DNA from: Octopus sinensis
Taxonomy: Eukaryota
Direction: 5' to 3'
Assembly: GCF_006345805.1 (NCBI RefSeq)
Contig: NW_021831849.1
Location: 1-64,000 of the forward strand
Length of the DNA stretch: 64,000 bases
Below the pieces are notes generated by a model. That model did not search any database. It had not been told where the DNA came from and saw only the letters and a program-made list of their open reading frames with translations. The translations under genes were made by a program, and so were the position numbers. Positions 10,478 through 22,900 of the stretch are shown here, in pieces; the first letter of the stretch is position 1; the number at the start of each line of letters is the position of its first letter.

Positions 10478-13060
10478 TTATCCCGAAAAATAATGAAAAA
10501 AGGGAAAAAAGTCATCGAACAAATAGAGTGCATAGAAAACGTCTCCAAGATGGAAGAACACAACATGACGCACATTATGCCTAAGAGATTTGGTCTGATG
10601 GGTTTTTCGTGCGGTTGTGCCAATGCACGCAAGTACGGGCTCTTCTGCTCGATGTGCGAAAACTTTTTCTACCTCAGATGTGTAAGGATGTCCCAACAGG
10701 CTGCATCCTCAGTCAGTTTTTGGAACTGCAATGCATATATAGGGTTTGGTCGGAAGACTCAGACAAACATTCCGAATGAGCTTGCCGAATCTAATGAGCC
10801 GTTGGATTTTTATTGTCTGAGCAAAGGAAGGACAAAAAGATTTCACTCAAGATCCCGAGATCCGTCCGGATTTCTGCAGCTAAATCCCTGGCTTCCATTA
10901 TTGACGATGCACTCACATTCAACGATCAAAGGCCTGGCTCAAACTCTTCGGCTTTGCCCCGCTTGCACTTGGCATACCTTATATTTAGCCAAGGAACGAC
11001 ATCGGAACACTAGAGAATGCGATGGAAACTCCCTCTCCTTAAAAATGAAGAAAAATATCCAGGATTTCCAATTACAATTCATTAACAAAACGGAAGTTTT
11101 GAAACCAACACCCCAGATGTCGATCATACGATCTTTCGGAATCGTCGGATACACTCGGAGAGAGAGTAAATTGTAAACTTTTTGAAGGCGATGTCCGGGC
11201 GGCGTTGCGGTCGTTCCAGCGACGATACTGTTCTGGGCACAACGCCTGAAGTTCTCGAGCAGATCAGACGGAAACATCTACGTGCGCCGGAAGATTATCG
11301 CTTATTCGTGCTTCCGGGAAATATGCCAAGGATAACTGCTACCGAAGGTGAAATGCGGGGAACCATTTTGTCGTTCGCGGCGAGCAGCAGTGGAGGTCTC
11401 GATGGCCTGCTTTAGGTCACATTAAGGATTTCACGTTTGGGGATACTGTAGAGGCTGGCTGCAATCTTTATAAATCAACTACATAACTGGTCATTGGTAT
11501 TTTGAACGTGGATATCCCTACTCTCGCAAGGGAGCTTCTTTTCAGTGTACATTTACTGGCTTTCAAAAACCCGAAGGTAGAGTCCGCCCCATTGCCGTTG
11601 GGAACTACTTCAGAAGGCTAGCAGATAAAATTGTATGCAGCCTTGTCTGTCCGAGAATATCTCAAGAATTTTCTTCCTTCCAACTTGGAGTTGGTGTAAA
11701 GAACGGATGTGATGTGCTTTTTCATACAGTAAAACGAACAAAATCCCAGAAGGGCGGCAAGCTTTACATCTGCAATGCCTTCAATTCACCGCCGGAGGAT
11801 CAAATTTTTGAGACTGTAAGCAAGCGAGCCCCTTAATCTATTCCACTCGTCTACCTGGCCTACGGAACCAAGTCTTCACTCGTCTTTGGGGACAAGATTA
11901 TCTTTTCGGAGACTGGAGTCCAACAAGGAGACCCTCTTGGTCCACTTCTCTTTACTTTGGCAATTGATGAAACTTTTTGCTCTATCAGCGCGGAACTGAA
12001 CCTCTGGTATCTTGATGATGCAACGAGGAGGGCTGTGGTGAAATGTTGATCCTGTCACAAGTCGTGCCTATACTACGAAAACTCGGACTCGAAATAAATA
12101 TAAAGAAATCGGCGCTAATAAATATCACATACTCAGAGAGTGATTTTATCAACGTGAAGTCTTTCAACTCAATATTACCCGGGATTACTGTCTTACTTCG
12201 GGAAAGGGAATACTTTCTTGGGTGCCCACTTAGCAAAGGACTCACGGGGAAACTCTCCTCACTCAATGCGAATACTGCATTCTTCCCTTTGAAAAATAGC
12301 TTTGGCTTGCCTAAACTCCAATACGCTCTCCGGTGTTCTCCCTGCTTTGAATATCGGGACATCCTAGAGTCACTGGATAGGACTTTGAGAAAGTCAGCTG
12401 AATCGCTCTTGAACATCCACTTAGACGAACCTGGTTGTTATCAATGTAACCTTCCTACAAGCGCCGGGAGTACGAGTCTCAGGTTGGGAGTGGATTTCGC
12501 ACTCAAGGCATATCTGTCATCGCTTTCAAGCTGCAGTCATCTCGTCCAGGAAGTCCTACATCACACTACTGGACTTTCCTTGAACATAGTATTTGACGAG
12601 GCTGCAGTGGAAGGAAGCTGGATTTTCGATCCCGGATGATAATATCATGTAAGGCTATTGTTGATGACCTGAAGCGGTTAGTTGAACAAACACAGTCTTG
12701 TCTGTTCGCTTTCTGGGGCACAACACGGGAACGGCGCAAGGCTCCAGGAATTTCCATGCAGTTCATTCGGACGCTTATGGACGACGATTGTGTGAGGATC
12801 GGTGTTGCACAACGTTTGGGTCTTGACGTTTGTCTGGAACACAGATGCCAGTGCGGAAGAACAGTTGATTCCGAAGGACTACACCCCTTGTCTTGCAAGA
12901 GGAGTGCAGGTCGCGCTCCCCGCCATGCTCCACTTACGGCATAATACGACGGGCCCTCAAGGCCGTGGGATTTCTATCATAACTTGAACCCATCGTGCTG
13001 GACCGGAGAGATGGCAGAAGCCCCGATGGAATAACTCTTTTCTCTTACTTCCTGGAAGAT
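10478..13060 (+). mobile_element. Degenerate near-full-length CRE-like non-LTR element (PHD-like finger, RT, CCHC, start of REL)
   Basis: CGC...LFCSMCENFFYLRC...WNC at ~10610-10740; GVQQGDPLGPLLF and WYLDD at ~11915-12020; CQCGRTVDSEGLHPLSCKRSAG at ~12850; many frameshifts. Confidence 0.85.
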
Positions 13061-14299
13061 TAATTCTCCCGGTTGAGCTGCTAATGCGGCAAAATTGAAA
13101 AGAAGTTTCATTACTGTTTGAGAAGAGCGGGAATTCTGCGGGTCATGAAGTCCAAGAAAACACATATGACCACAATCGTAGAATTTATCACTCGAAAATA
13201 CAAAATTGGAGACCACGGAAGTCTCAATGTGAAGGCACTGCAAGGATTACAGAATGAATACCTAATTGCAGAAATCAGGAAAAAACCTCTGCATTCAATC
13301 CTCTTTAATTGTTTGGAGGATACTAATGTCGATGTTACGGAGTCCTCCGCGTGGTTAACATATGGAAACATCTCTCCGAGATCAGAAGCATCCTTCTGTT
13401 TACTACAAGACCGCAATTTCCTCTTTGGAGCAGGAGAAACGAATTGCAAACATTGCAACTCTGCGAAAAAAACTGTTGACCATCTAGCTACCAGGTGTGG
13501 GCGAATGCTAAACAGCGATTACTTACGACGGCATAATGAAGTAGTGAGATGTATTCACTTACATCTCTGCAGACAGTATGGAATAAAAAGGTCAAAAAGA
13601 TTGAAGACCCATTCAGTCCAGTCTATAGTTGCAAATGAAGCAGTTGAGATCAGAGTCGATAATACTATAAGTACTGACACACACGTTCATAACAACAAGC
13701 CCGACATTTTCGTGTGGGATAAAATTAAGAATACAATTACACTAATCGAAATTGGAATAACTTCGCAGCAAATTTTTAAAAAAGTCGAAGTCGAAAAATC
13801 CCACAAGTATGATCTCTTAGCAAGTGAATTGGCTTTAATCCACAAAGCAAAAGTGAATATAGTACCCATAGTATTAACGTGGGATGCCATTGTCAGTAAA
13901 TACTACAAACAATACCAGAATAGTCTGAAAATTGAGTACCCTGTAAGAGCATACATCCAAACTATTCTCATGAAGAAGACTCTTGAAAGTATGTGCATCG
14001 ATTATAAACATGGAATGATGTCCCAAGAGGACGACGGTTTTGAAGAAAATATAACTTTCCTTGATAACAACATAAATCAGAAACTCGACGAAACCGACTT
14101 AATGACGGGAGCATTTGAAAAAGAGTCCTACTCCTATAATAACATTAATCGAGAGGAAGAGCGATGGAACTATGAATTAGAACCTGATGAAAGTCGTCTC
14201 ATCCGAGAAAAGAAGAATGATCCTTTAGATTGCCTAAAAGAAGTTTGGAGACCGGTCAAGGTTGTCCGTGTTGGGGCAAAGAGGAGGATGGTCTATTGA
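13060..14299 (+). mobile_element. 5'-truncated R4/NeSL-like element (ORF 13118-14299: CCHC knuckle plus REL endonuclease)
   Basis: CKHCNSAKKTVDHLATRC, RHNEVV, KPDIFV and LIEIGI; collinear with the C-terminal third of 19951-23493. Confidence 0.9.
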
Positions 14300-14459
14300 G
14301 CTGGAAATTCGTTTAATTAGTTTAATATCACTTTTATTTTAAGACCAAAACACCGTCAATTTTGAAAAAAAGTAAAAAGTAGCCTTTTTATCAGACTAAC
14401 CCTGTTTTGCATACTGATTTTGTGAGTAACCATTAGCCTCTCTTGCATAAACGTGGTGA

Positions 14460-16040
14460 ACCAATCCTTTGAAACGTCACAAGACACTCCGACTAGCAAG
14501 GACAATTTTCGGAAGATTTACATGATCTTGGGATCAACTATGCCTTGACAATGTACATGTGCGATATTCTGAGGTATCCTCATCCTGCTTACGTGAGTGC
14601 GCAGGAGACTTCATCAGTGAAATACGCCCACGTATTGAACTTCAAATGGCCAGGAACTTTATGGGGATTGAAAAAATAGTTTTTGGGTGTCAGTTAAAGG
14701 ATGGGCAAACGCGAGGCACTGGCACTAAAATGCTGTTCCTGTCCCTCTTGCTTACCTCAGTCCCCAAGAAACCCCAAAATCTTCTCTGGCATTTGCCTGG
14801 AAGAATTTTCTCGCAATTTCCTCTCTCCGCCTCAGCCGCTTTGTGCTCGTGAAAATCCCTAAGGCCGCTGGCTTCCGAATCTTTAGCTTCTCTAATTAAT
14901 GACATCCTTTTGTCTCCATCCAAATCCGCTTGGGTCCAAATCTTCCTATTTCAACTCTCTTGGGGTCCGCATCATATCAAAATTGATCGTGGGCGACATC
15001 AGAGCAGCCATGAGAGTTCTGCCTATATTGGTTTGTAACTTTCTTGTTTTTCTTCGCTTGGAGTACGCACTCATTACTTCATCCTGTTTCCGTTTTCTGG
15101 ACGAAGTCGGAGAATTCGATTCGCTGCTGAGAACTGGGGCTGGAAACAGGCTATTTTGCCTAGCAGGGACGGCGGTCGGATTCCTGGCCACCTCTGTTCT
15201 CTCCTTGCCATGCTCCTCACACCAATGCAGACCTCTCGTAATCCAGATCCTTTCTCTCCCCTCCGGATCGCTCACGGACAAAGAGCTTTCATACGGATTC
15301 AGATTCCCAAAGATCCTTGCCAAATGTGCGAGTGGACGGAGGCCAGCAGCTCTCAGTCTTTTCGGCACTTAGAGTCTTACGGACACCAACACCGGCTTGC
15401 TTGCCTGTTATCAGGAGCATCTCCATGTACGAGCGCTTGGATTAACGCCTATCCCTCTCCTGCAGCAGGAACCTTGCTAGACCCAGAGTGCTTAAAAATC
15501 GGAATCTCTCTCCGACTCTGCTTGGACATCTACACCACTCACGAATGCCGATGGGGGAATATTGTCGACGTAAAGGGCCTCCACCCTTTTTATTGTCGGG
15601 GCTGAAAAACATTGTTAAGCACGCCCTCGAGGCCTCTTGAGTCCTCTTGCAGCTCGACTACCAGGCTTCTCAAGGGACGACGGGAAAAGACCCGAGGGTG
15701 TGTCGCACGTTTCATAAAAGTGTGGAAAAGCACGTTTGCGTCTACATGGTCCGATACGTTTGCGTCCTTTGCAATTCTTGGGTCCGCATCCGAAGCAGGT
15801 TCTCTTGCCAAACGAGCAGAAGACAAAAGCTCAAAAAATACTTTTCGCTCGTAGACGGGTTCTATTCGTGCCGGTCTCAATTGAAATCTCGGGGGTTCTC
15901 GGCACAAGAACCTTTCGATTCTTCCAAGACATCGGGCTTGAAATCTCCAAACGCAAATAGGATCCCCGCGAAACTCGATGGCTTTTCGAACATGTTTCGT
16001 TAGCCATTCTGAGAGGGAATTGCGCCTTGATCCTTTGAGT
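14460..16040 (+). mobile_element. CRE-like element with the RT core deleted; left boundary uncertain
   Basis: Plus-strand pieces KIPKA/SLASLINDIL, KLIVGDIRAAMRVL, LEYALITSSCF, WKQAILPSRDGG, HQHRLACLL...SAWINAYP, DDGKRPEG and SLAILRGNC. No PQG/YLDD segment between the second and third pieces. Confidence 0.8.
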
Positions 16041-16250
16041 TTTGTCAAAGCTCCGCCTGTATGACCCTTTGTTTTGTTTTCTTGTTGTTTGAATAAACTA
16101 TCTTCCATGAAATGAAAAGTTATCTAATTAAACAGATAACACAAGGTTCTAAGTATAAAGGAAATTAGGTTTTCAAGATCTAATTAAACTCCCGTCTTTC
16201 TTGTTATTGAAATAAATTATTCTATTATATTGAATATTTTTTTGATATTC

Positions 16251-16765
16251 ATGTTTAGTAGTAGGTTGTTAAGCAGAGTTGTCGGCCGATTGATATTTTC
16301 AAAAGTTTGTTTAGTAAGGAGTTTTTTTAAATACACTCAGCCAAAAGTGTTCAAAAATTTATATTATAAAATAGAATCTCGGTTAACTTTGTGTTGCCTG
16401 ATGGCAAGAAAATAACAGTTGATGCAGTAGAAGGTCAAAACTTGTTAGATGTTGTGATCAACAATGATCTCGACTTGGATGGATTCGGTTGGTGAGGTTT
16501 TTATTTAATTTAGGGGTCTGTGATGGAGTATTGGCCTGCTCAACGTGCCAACTTATCTTTACTCCTGAGAATTTCAACGAACTATCTCATAAGCCTTGCG
16601 ACGAAGAACTTGATTTACTTGATCTTGCCTCCACACCATCGGAATTGTTTTTTTCTTGAATTATTAGATAGTTCGAGACTTGGATGCCAGGTTGTGGTTA
16701 CTGAAAAGATGAATGGGTGGGACATTGTGATTCCTATTGACAGAGTTGACCATAGAATTTTATAA
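16251..16765 (+). CDS. FDX1: Mitochondrial [2Fe-2S] ferredoxin (adrenodoxin-type), 5 exons, ~133 aa
   Basis: Predicted introns 16305-16340, 16349-16374, 16488-16513 and 16647-16671 give MFSSRLLSR...GFGVCDGVLACSTCQLIF...SRLGCQV; N-terminus resembles a mitochondrial presequence. Confidence 0.9.
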
Positions 16766-17049
16766 TAAAAAAAAATTTTATTAAAATGTATTTATAAGCG
16801 TTTTTCCACACCTTGAAAGTTTCTTTTAATTTTGAGAAATTTTTGGATCCTACAATTATTTTTACCATTCAATTAAAAAGATGAATTATTTTTAATATGT
16901 CAGAATCTCACATTCCTGTTTGGCAAAGTTGAGGAAACTGACTAAGGCTTTTGCGGTTTGAGATTTATTTAGTATAGTCGATTGGATACGTTTGTGGTTT
17001 ATGAGGTTTTTGTTGTATAACTCTGGTAGATTGAAATTCTATCGGATTT

Positions 17050-18310
17050 AATCAATGTTTGTAGTGACGATCAACCTAAAGAAAAATTGGTTAAAGCGCA
17101 AAGGACTCAGTACACAAAAACGGATACGCTTATACAATTCACTGGTAAAACCTGTCCTTCTTCACAATGCCGGAACATGGGGGCTTGAATTTAGATTCCT
17201 TCCATAGAGACCAACTTCGGCGCACTCTAGCCTCTAAATGGCATTCTAGACTCAGCAGTAAAACAGTTTATGCCAGAGGTTTCCAAGCTTTTTTTTACGC
17301 GCCTCCCTTAGAGAAAAAGTACAATCTGGCCTCCCTTTATATTCCATAATATAATACAATTATTATTTTATCAAAAACAATTTTAAAACAAAAGTTAATG
17401 AGATAATTTTTTTCCATCTTGGCGCAAAGTTTTTCAAATTTGGTGTCATCGCAGAGAGTGCTACTCTTAGCTCAGTAGTCATACTGTAAGACATTGGTAC
17501 GATGCTAGTAAAGCATTTGAAGGACAGAAACAAGTTTTTTTAACGATTTCGTTGGTATCAAACTCTTCTAATTTTCTTTTAAAAAATTCTTCAGACTTAT
17601 GGACATGTTCAGAATGCATCGTTTCAAAATGTATCTTAATTTGCATGGCCTCATCTATCTGCTGCAAGTGTTTTGAGGCAAAGCAAACAGAGGGGTTTTC
17701 ATGAATCAAAAAGATACGTGTGAATCCTAACAATAAGTAAGATGGAAAGTATTTTCTTGTCTTTGGAGTGGTATTGATTATATTCCAATCATTTTGATTT
17801 TTTGAACCATCGTCAAATATTTATTATTCGTGAATTTCTTTTGCAACCATCAAGAATTTATTCAGTGTAAAATATTAATTGTCTAATAATAAATAAATTT
17901 TTGAAAAAATATAATTTTTAAATTAATAACTCTTATTATCGGAATATAGTCACGTTTTTTACATAGATATAATTTTCTAAAAAAGTTTCTGAAATACTTT
18001 TCGCGCTCCCTTGACACGAGTCAACGCCTCCCTAGGGAGGCGCGCCTCCCCATTTGGAAACCTCTGGTTTATGCCATAACATCAATTAAAGGCACCGGCA
18101 AACACCGCTATGGAAGACTATTTCGTAACTGACGGTACTCGTTTCGGTGGACGCCCAAAAAATACTTACCCGGTGACACAAGAAAGAGACCTCTAGAGAG
18201 AGAGGAAAAATCTAAAGGACAGGGACGATCTTGACGCATTACGCGACGTCGCCCAAGATAGAGGGAAAAGGTCCAAATTAATAATTCTTATTGTTTCTTG
18301 TGATGCACCA
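17050..18310 (+). mobile_element. Degenerate RTE-like LINE fragment split by a hAT
   Basis: LYNSLVKPVLLHNAGTWG before the hAT; AMEDYF...GRPKNT...DDLDALRDVAQDR after it. Confidence 0.7.
17274..18066 (-). mobile_element. Non-autonomous hAT (Buster-like) deletion derivative, copy 2
   Basis: Same TIRs and ends as 3477-4268; 8-bp TSD GTTTATGC (17266-17273, 18067-18074); different internal segment (ORF 17479-17733). Confidence 0.92.
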
Positions 18311-18989
18311 GCTTTGTCATGATCGATGGAATCGCGAAAGTGCATAAATAAAAATAATAATAGTGACGATCGTTTAAATAAATAGATTTCACAAATAATA
18401 CGCAATTTGATTACTTGATCAGACAACCCGATTTGTCTCTGTGTTTAAGGCATGGTGTTGACGGCAACTTTATATGTTATATAGCGTTGAATAATATTTA
18501 AAAAGATCCGAGGAGAATATACGTGATAATCTACAAATATTTAGTTATATCGATGCTGTAAACAAGAATGGTTAGTATGTTCATATGAATATTAAATCCT
18601 TATTCAACTTATGGTACTTTAATAATACGAGGACGGCCTACAGTATTTGGAGACCTCTTGAGAAGCATACCCACACATCAAGATGTGAAGATATAAAAGG
18701 CAAAGCTTGTTGAAACTGATGATCTAATGGCAAGACGGTTGAAATAAACGACCACGATAAGGATAAACAGAGTTAACCGTCTAATAATGCGTTTCTTTAA
18801 CGGTAGATTCACAAATTATGAATCTTTGATGATATCGTAGATTTTCATTAGAAAGAATTAGATCTTCCAAAATAAAAATTCGTTTGGGAACAGTCCTAAT
18901 TTACTTTTCTTAAACCCTAAGAACCCTTGAGATATCAACAATCATGATATCACATTGGAGTTTAACAGTTCAAAATTTTTCTGTCACAG

Positions 18990-19110
18990 ATATAAAAAAT
19001 TATCATTCAATGGCAATCCATTCATCCACAGTTGTCTGCATATGTCTGCATATTGGCCGTTGTTCGCGGCAATGCCTATTCGATTATGTCGTCAGCCGCG
19101 AATTAATTAT
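18990..19110 (+). mobile_element. Small CRE-like 3'-end remnant
   Basis: LAVVRGNAYSIMS matches the ISLAIVRGN terminus of the other CRE-like copies. Confidence 0.5.
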
Positions 19111-19369
19111 ATGCGCTTTTTACAGCTCGTGATTGGAATTGTAGTACCTTTTTAAAAAAAAAAATTATTAATTGTTTCAAATTGCCCATAAAATTCTAAG
19201 AAACCAAAAATTTCCATTTTCAAAAGTCGAGTGTATTATAATTTCTTCAAGGTAAAATTATGATTTTTAGAGGTAAAATGTAGCCGGTTGCCTATACATA
19301 TTCATTTGCCAATGTCACATATTCCTATTAATTTTTTTTATTAAAAATATTTTAGTTTTTATAACCTCC

Positions 19370-19564
19370 AGACGATGCAAAACGCCTTGTTCTTGAAGAT
19401 GCAAAACGTCCAGACGGCTGTACGCTTTTCGCTTTTGAATCCGGGAAGCAGCTCGTTTGGGACGTCACCTGTTCTGACTCTTTCGCCAAGGGTGCCTTAA
19501 ATGCTACGGCTTGTCGACCCGGTTCGTCGGCCGAGAAGGCCGAATTCGCAAAACTAACGAAATA
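19370..19564 (+). mobile_element. CRE-like REL domain, left half (continues at 24738-24935)
   Basis: AKRPDGCTLFAFESGKQLVWDVTCSDSFA...AEFAKLTKY, resumed at 24738 by KYEDLLDRFCFWAIAVETSCVFG. Confidence 0.85.
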
Positions 19565-19937
19565 TGTCACAGGCGCTGGGCACTACCGAGCGCTACGGGT
19601 TACCCGAGTGGACTTAAAAAAAAATCAAGAAAAAATACTTGAAATTTTATGTTTCAAATTAATATACTTAATTTTTTTTTTTTTTTTCATCAAAGGAAAA
19701 ATGGGGAATAAGTTATACACGAATTAATAGAGAGCCTGGAGGTCAGCTCAAAGTCGCCGCACTGCGTATCGAGTGGCAGTTTCCGCGGAGCACTGCGATA
19801 TACTTAATTTGATCAAACACGTAAAAAAAGTTATAATTTTTTTTATTATATTTTTTAATTTGTTAAAATTATAATGCACAAAAACTTGCTTTAAAAATTA
19901 CTATATTAAAATAAAATATATTTATTAAGATTTAATA

Positions 19938-22900
19938 TCATTAATTTTTTGTGGTGTTGTGCATGTCCGTTTTTATCAATAACAAGAAAACGAATCCCAT
20001 GGGCCTTTCTGCAGAATCAAATAATAAAAACAGTATAGTGGATGCAGGAGTGTTGTCTCTGGGGCTGGATAACGGCACAAGAACTAATATTAACAATAAT
20101 CCTACAGTTGGAAGTCGTGCTGCACCAACTAACTTTCATTCCATGTCCGCCATTATTAAGGATGTCAAGTGTGTCTCTGAGACTGAATGGGTGTCTCAGG
20201 TGTTCTATGCTATCAAAGAAAGATTTGGAAGGATGCCTAGAGGTGGCTGGGATCTCATTCTGAAAAAGTTCAATGAAAAATACTTAAAGTGCTCAAGTCT
20301 ATATCAACTAAAAAAAATGGTCAAACCACTAAATGGGAATCAAAATGTAGGGAAAAGAGGCGATTGTAGTGAAGGAAAATCTAACATGAATATTGAAATT
20401 TCTAACTTCAAGAATTGTCTAGAAGAACTCAAAGTCCAACTCGAAAGAATCAAATCTATTCCTAGAGAGTCTCGAAAACCTACCCCAAAAATCCAAAAAA
20501 ATAGAGTGAAAACTAATATTCTGTCTGGATTGAATTCTGCAATTTATCGTATTACAGAAGATAATCCTCCACAAAATATGGATCAGATTACAGACATATT
20601 ATATGCTGCACAGTGTGCTTATTTGGCCTTAACTATAAGACCAAAAACAAAAAGCACATGGTTGGAAAACACAGAAAACAAAATTTCGAAATTAGCAGCT
20701 GAAATTAAATTAGTGAATTCCTTTTCGAGACAAGCATTACCTCAATCTGAAAAGAAAAATGTAATGGATATTCTTTGCCGCTACGGGTATAAAAAATCTA
20801 AAAAGGGAGAGCTAATGAGAATTGAGGCCTTAATGAATGACCTAATCAGAATTAAAGAGAAACAAATATCCATTTATAACTCGAGGAAAGAGTTCCGAAA
20901 AGACAATGCGTGCTTCGAATTAAACCGTAGAAGGTTTTACCGAAACTTATCGTCGAATAATGAGGTAACCTTATATGGCTTTGATGATGATGACTGCTTG
21001 TTATTCTGGGAGAACGTCTGGAGAAAGAAAAATATGGATCACGTTTCGTATAATTGTGTGGATGTGAGGTCTACCGGTGGTGAAGCTATGGAACCTCAAT
21101 TCACAAATGAGTTGGTTAAAGATATGCTCAAATATGCGCCTGATTGGAAGGCGTGCGGATGCGATGGAACATATAACTTTTTCATCAAGAAAATGAAATC
21201 ATTACATGAATTCTTGTGTAATGAAGTAATCCGGATAATCAAGGGTGAGTACATGCCCGAGAGTTGGTTTTACACAGGATTAACTTACTTGATTCCAAAA
21301 AAGGATGATTGTGAGAATCCAAAGGATTTACGCCCTATAACGTGTATGCCAACTTTGTACAAGCTTGTAACGAAGTGTGTGAATGTTAAACTCTCTGATT
21401 TTGTGGATGGACTTGGGCTGATTTCAGACAATCAACTTGGAACCAGAAAGCAATGTCAGGGTGCGAAAGAGCAGGCACTTATTAATCAATGCTTGAACAA
21501 GGAATATGGAAACAGTCTGTACTCTGCTTGGGTGGATGTAAAGAAAGCCTTTGACTCGGTTGATCACCAATTTTTATTCCACATATTGGACAGCTCTGGA
21601 ATTCCACTCTGGATTATTAACTTTGTGAAAAGTATAGTCAAGAAGTGGAAAGTAAATCTACATCTTGATGGAAGGAAAATTGGTTCAGTAAAGCTAACCC
21701 GAGGAATTTTACAAGGAGATTCATTATCCCCATTGCTATTTGTTATGGTAATGGATCCCCTAAGCAGGATCCTGAACTCTAAATTCCCCAAATTGCAAAT
21801 TAATCAGGAGGATCTAAATATGTTGACATATTCTACCAATCACCTATTTTTTATTGACGATCTAAAGATATTTGCTCTTAAAGAGGACAGTGTTATTAAA
21901 ATGATGGAAGCTGTTAAAGAATTTTTTGACATCGTTGGCCTGGAGATGAACTCTGAAAAATCGGCCTCTAATGTCAAATCTTTATCATGCTGTGAGACTT
22001 TGGAAGGAATCAATGGATATCGCTATTTGGGCGTATTTGAAGATGGAGGAAGTAATGTCCTCAAGAATAAAGTTATGAATTCAATAATGGAGAATGTAAA
22101 AAAAAGAATAACTATGTTGTCAAAAACAAAATTGAATTCGGTGAACTTATTCTATGCCATAAATGAATATGCATTGTCCCTATATAATTATTATATTGGG
22201 CTAATTAATATTGAGCCATATGAATTTGATGACATTGATAAACAAATACGTCGACTGCTCATGACACTCAAGTTACATCTCCAGCCTGCAAATAAAGAAA
22301 GGCTGTATTTAGACCGCAAAACTTTTGGAAGAGGACTTGCCTCCATCTCGTTCAAGAGCGAATTAATACTCATGCAATTCCTTAAAAGCTTGGAAAAACA
22401 GTCGGCTGTGTGTTTGCGAAGGTCGGGGATTCTGCGAGTTATTAAAACAAAGAAATGGCATTTGGCTACAATCGCAGGATTTCTTACCTCTAAATACGCT
22501 ATTGCTGACACAGAAAGCATAGATATTAATTCTCTCAAAGACATTCAGAAAAAATATTTGCTAAACAAAATAAAGTCCAAGTCACTACACTCTGTTATGT
22601 TCAAATGCCTGGATGAATCAAATGTCGATCTTTCTACTTCCTCAGAATGGTTAGCCAAAGGAAATAATGGCTCCCGAAGTGAAGCATTATACTGCCTTCT
22701 GCAAGATAGAAATTTGTTTTTTGCAAACACGAGGCCGTTATGCAATCATTGTAAAAAAAGTAAACAAACTGTTGATCATCTGGCCACTCAGTGTGGTAAA
22801 ATGCTCAATAGCGATTATCTCCGAAGACATGACGAGGTGGTTAAATGTGTCCATCTTCATATTTGTCGAATGTATGGAATCAAAAAGAACAGGAAATTAA

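Noticed and set aside
14690-16108. Long minus-strand ORFs (15590-16108, 14946-15368, 14690-14923) as a novel gene
   Set aside because: They are antisense shadows of a GC-richer CRE-like element whose motifs read on the plus strand throughout.
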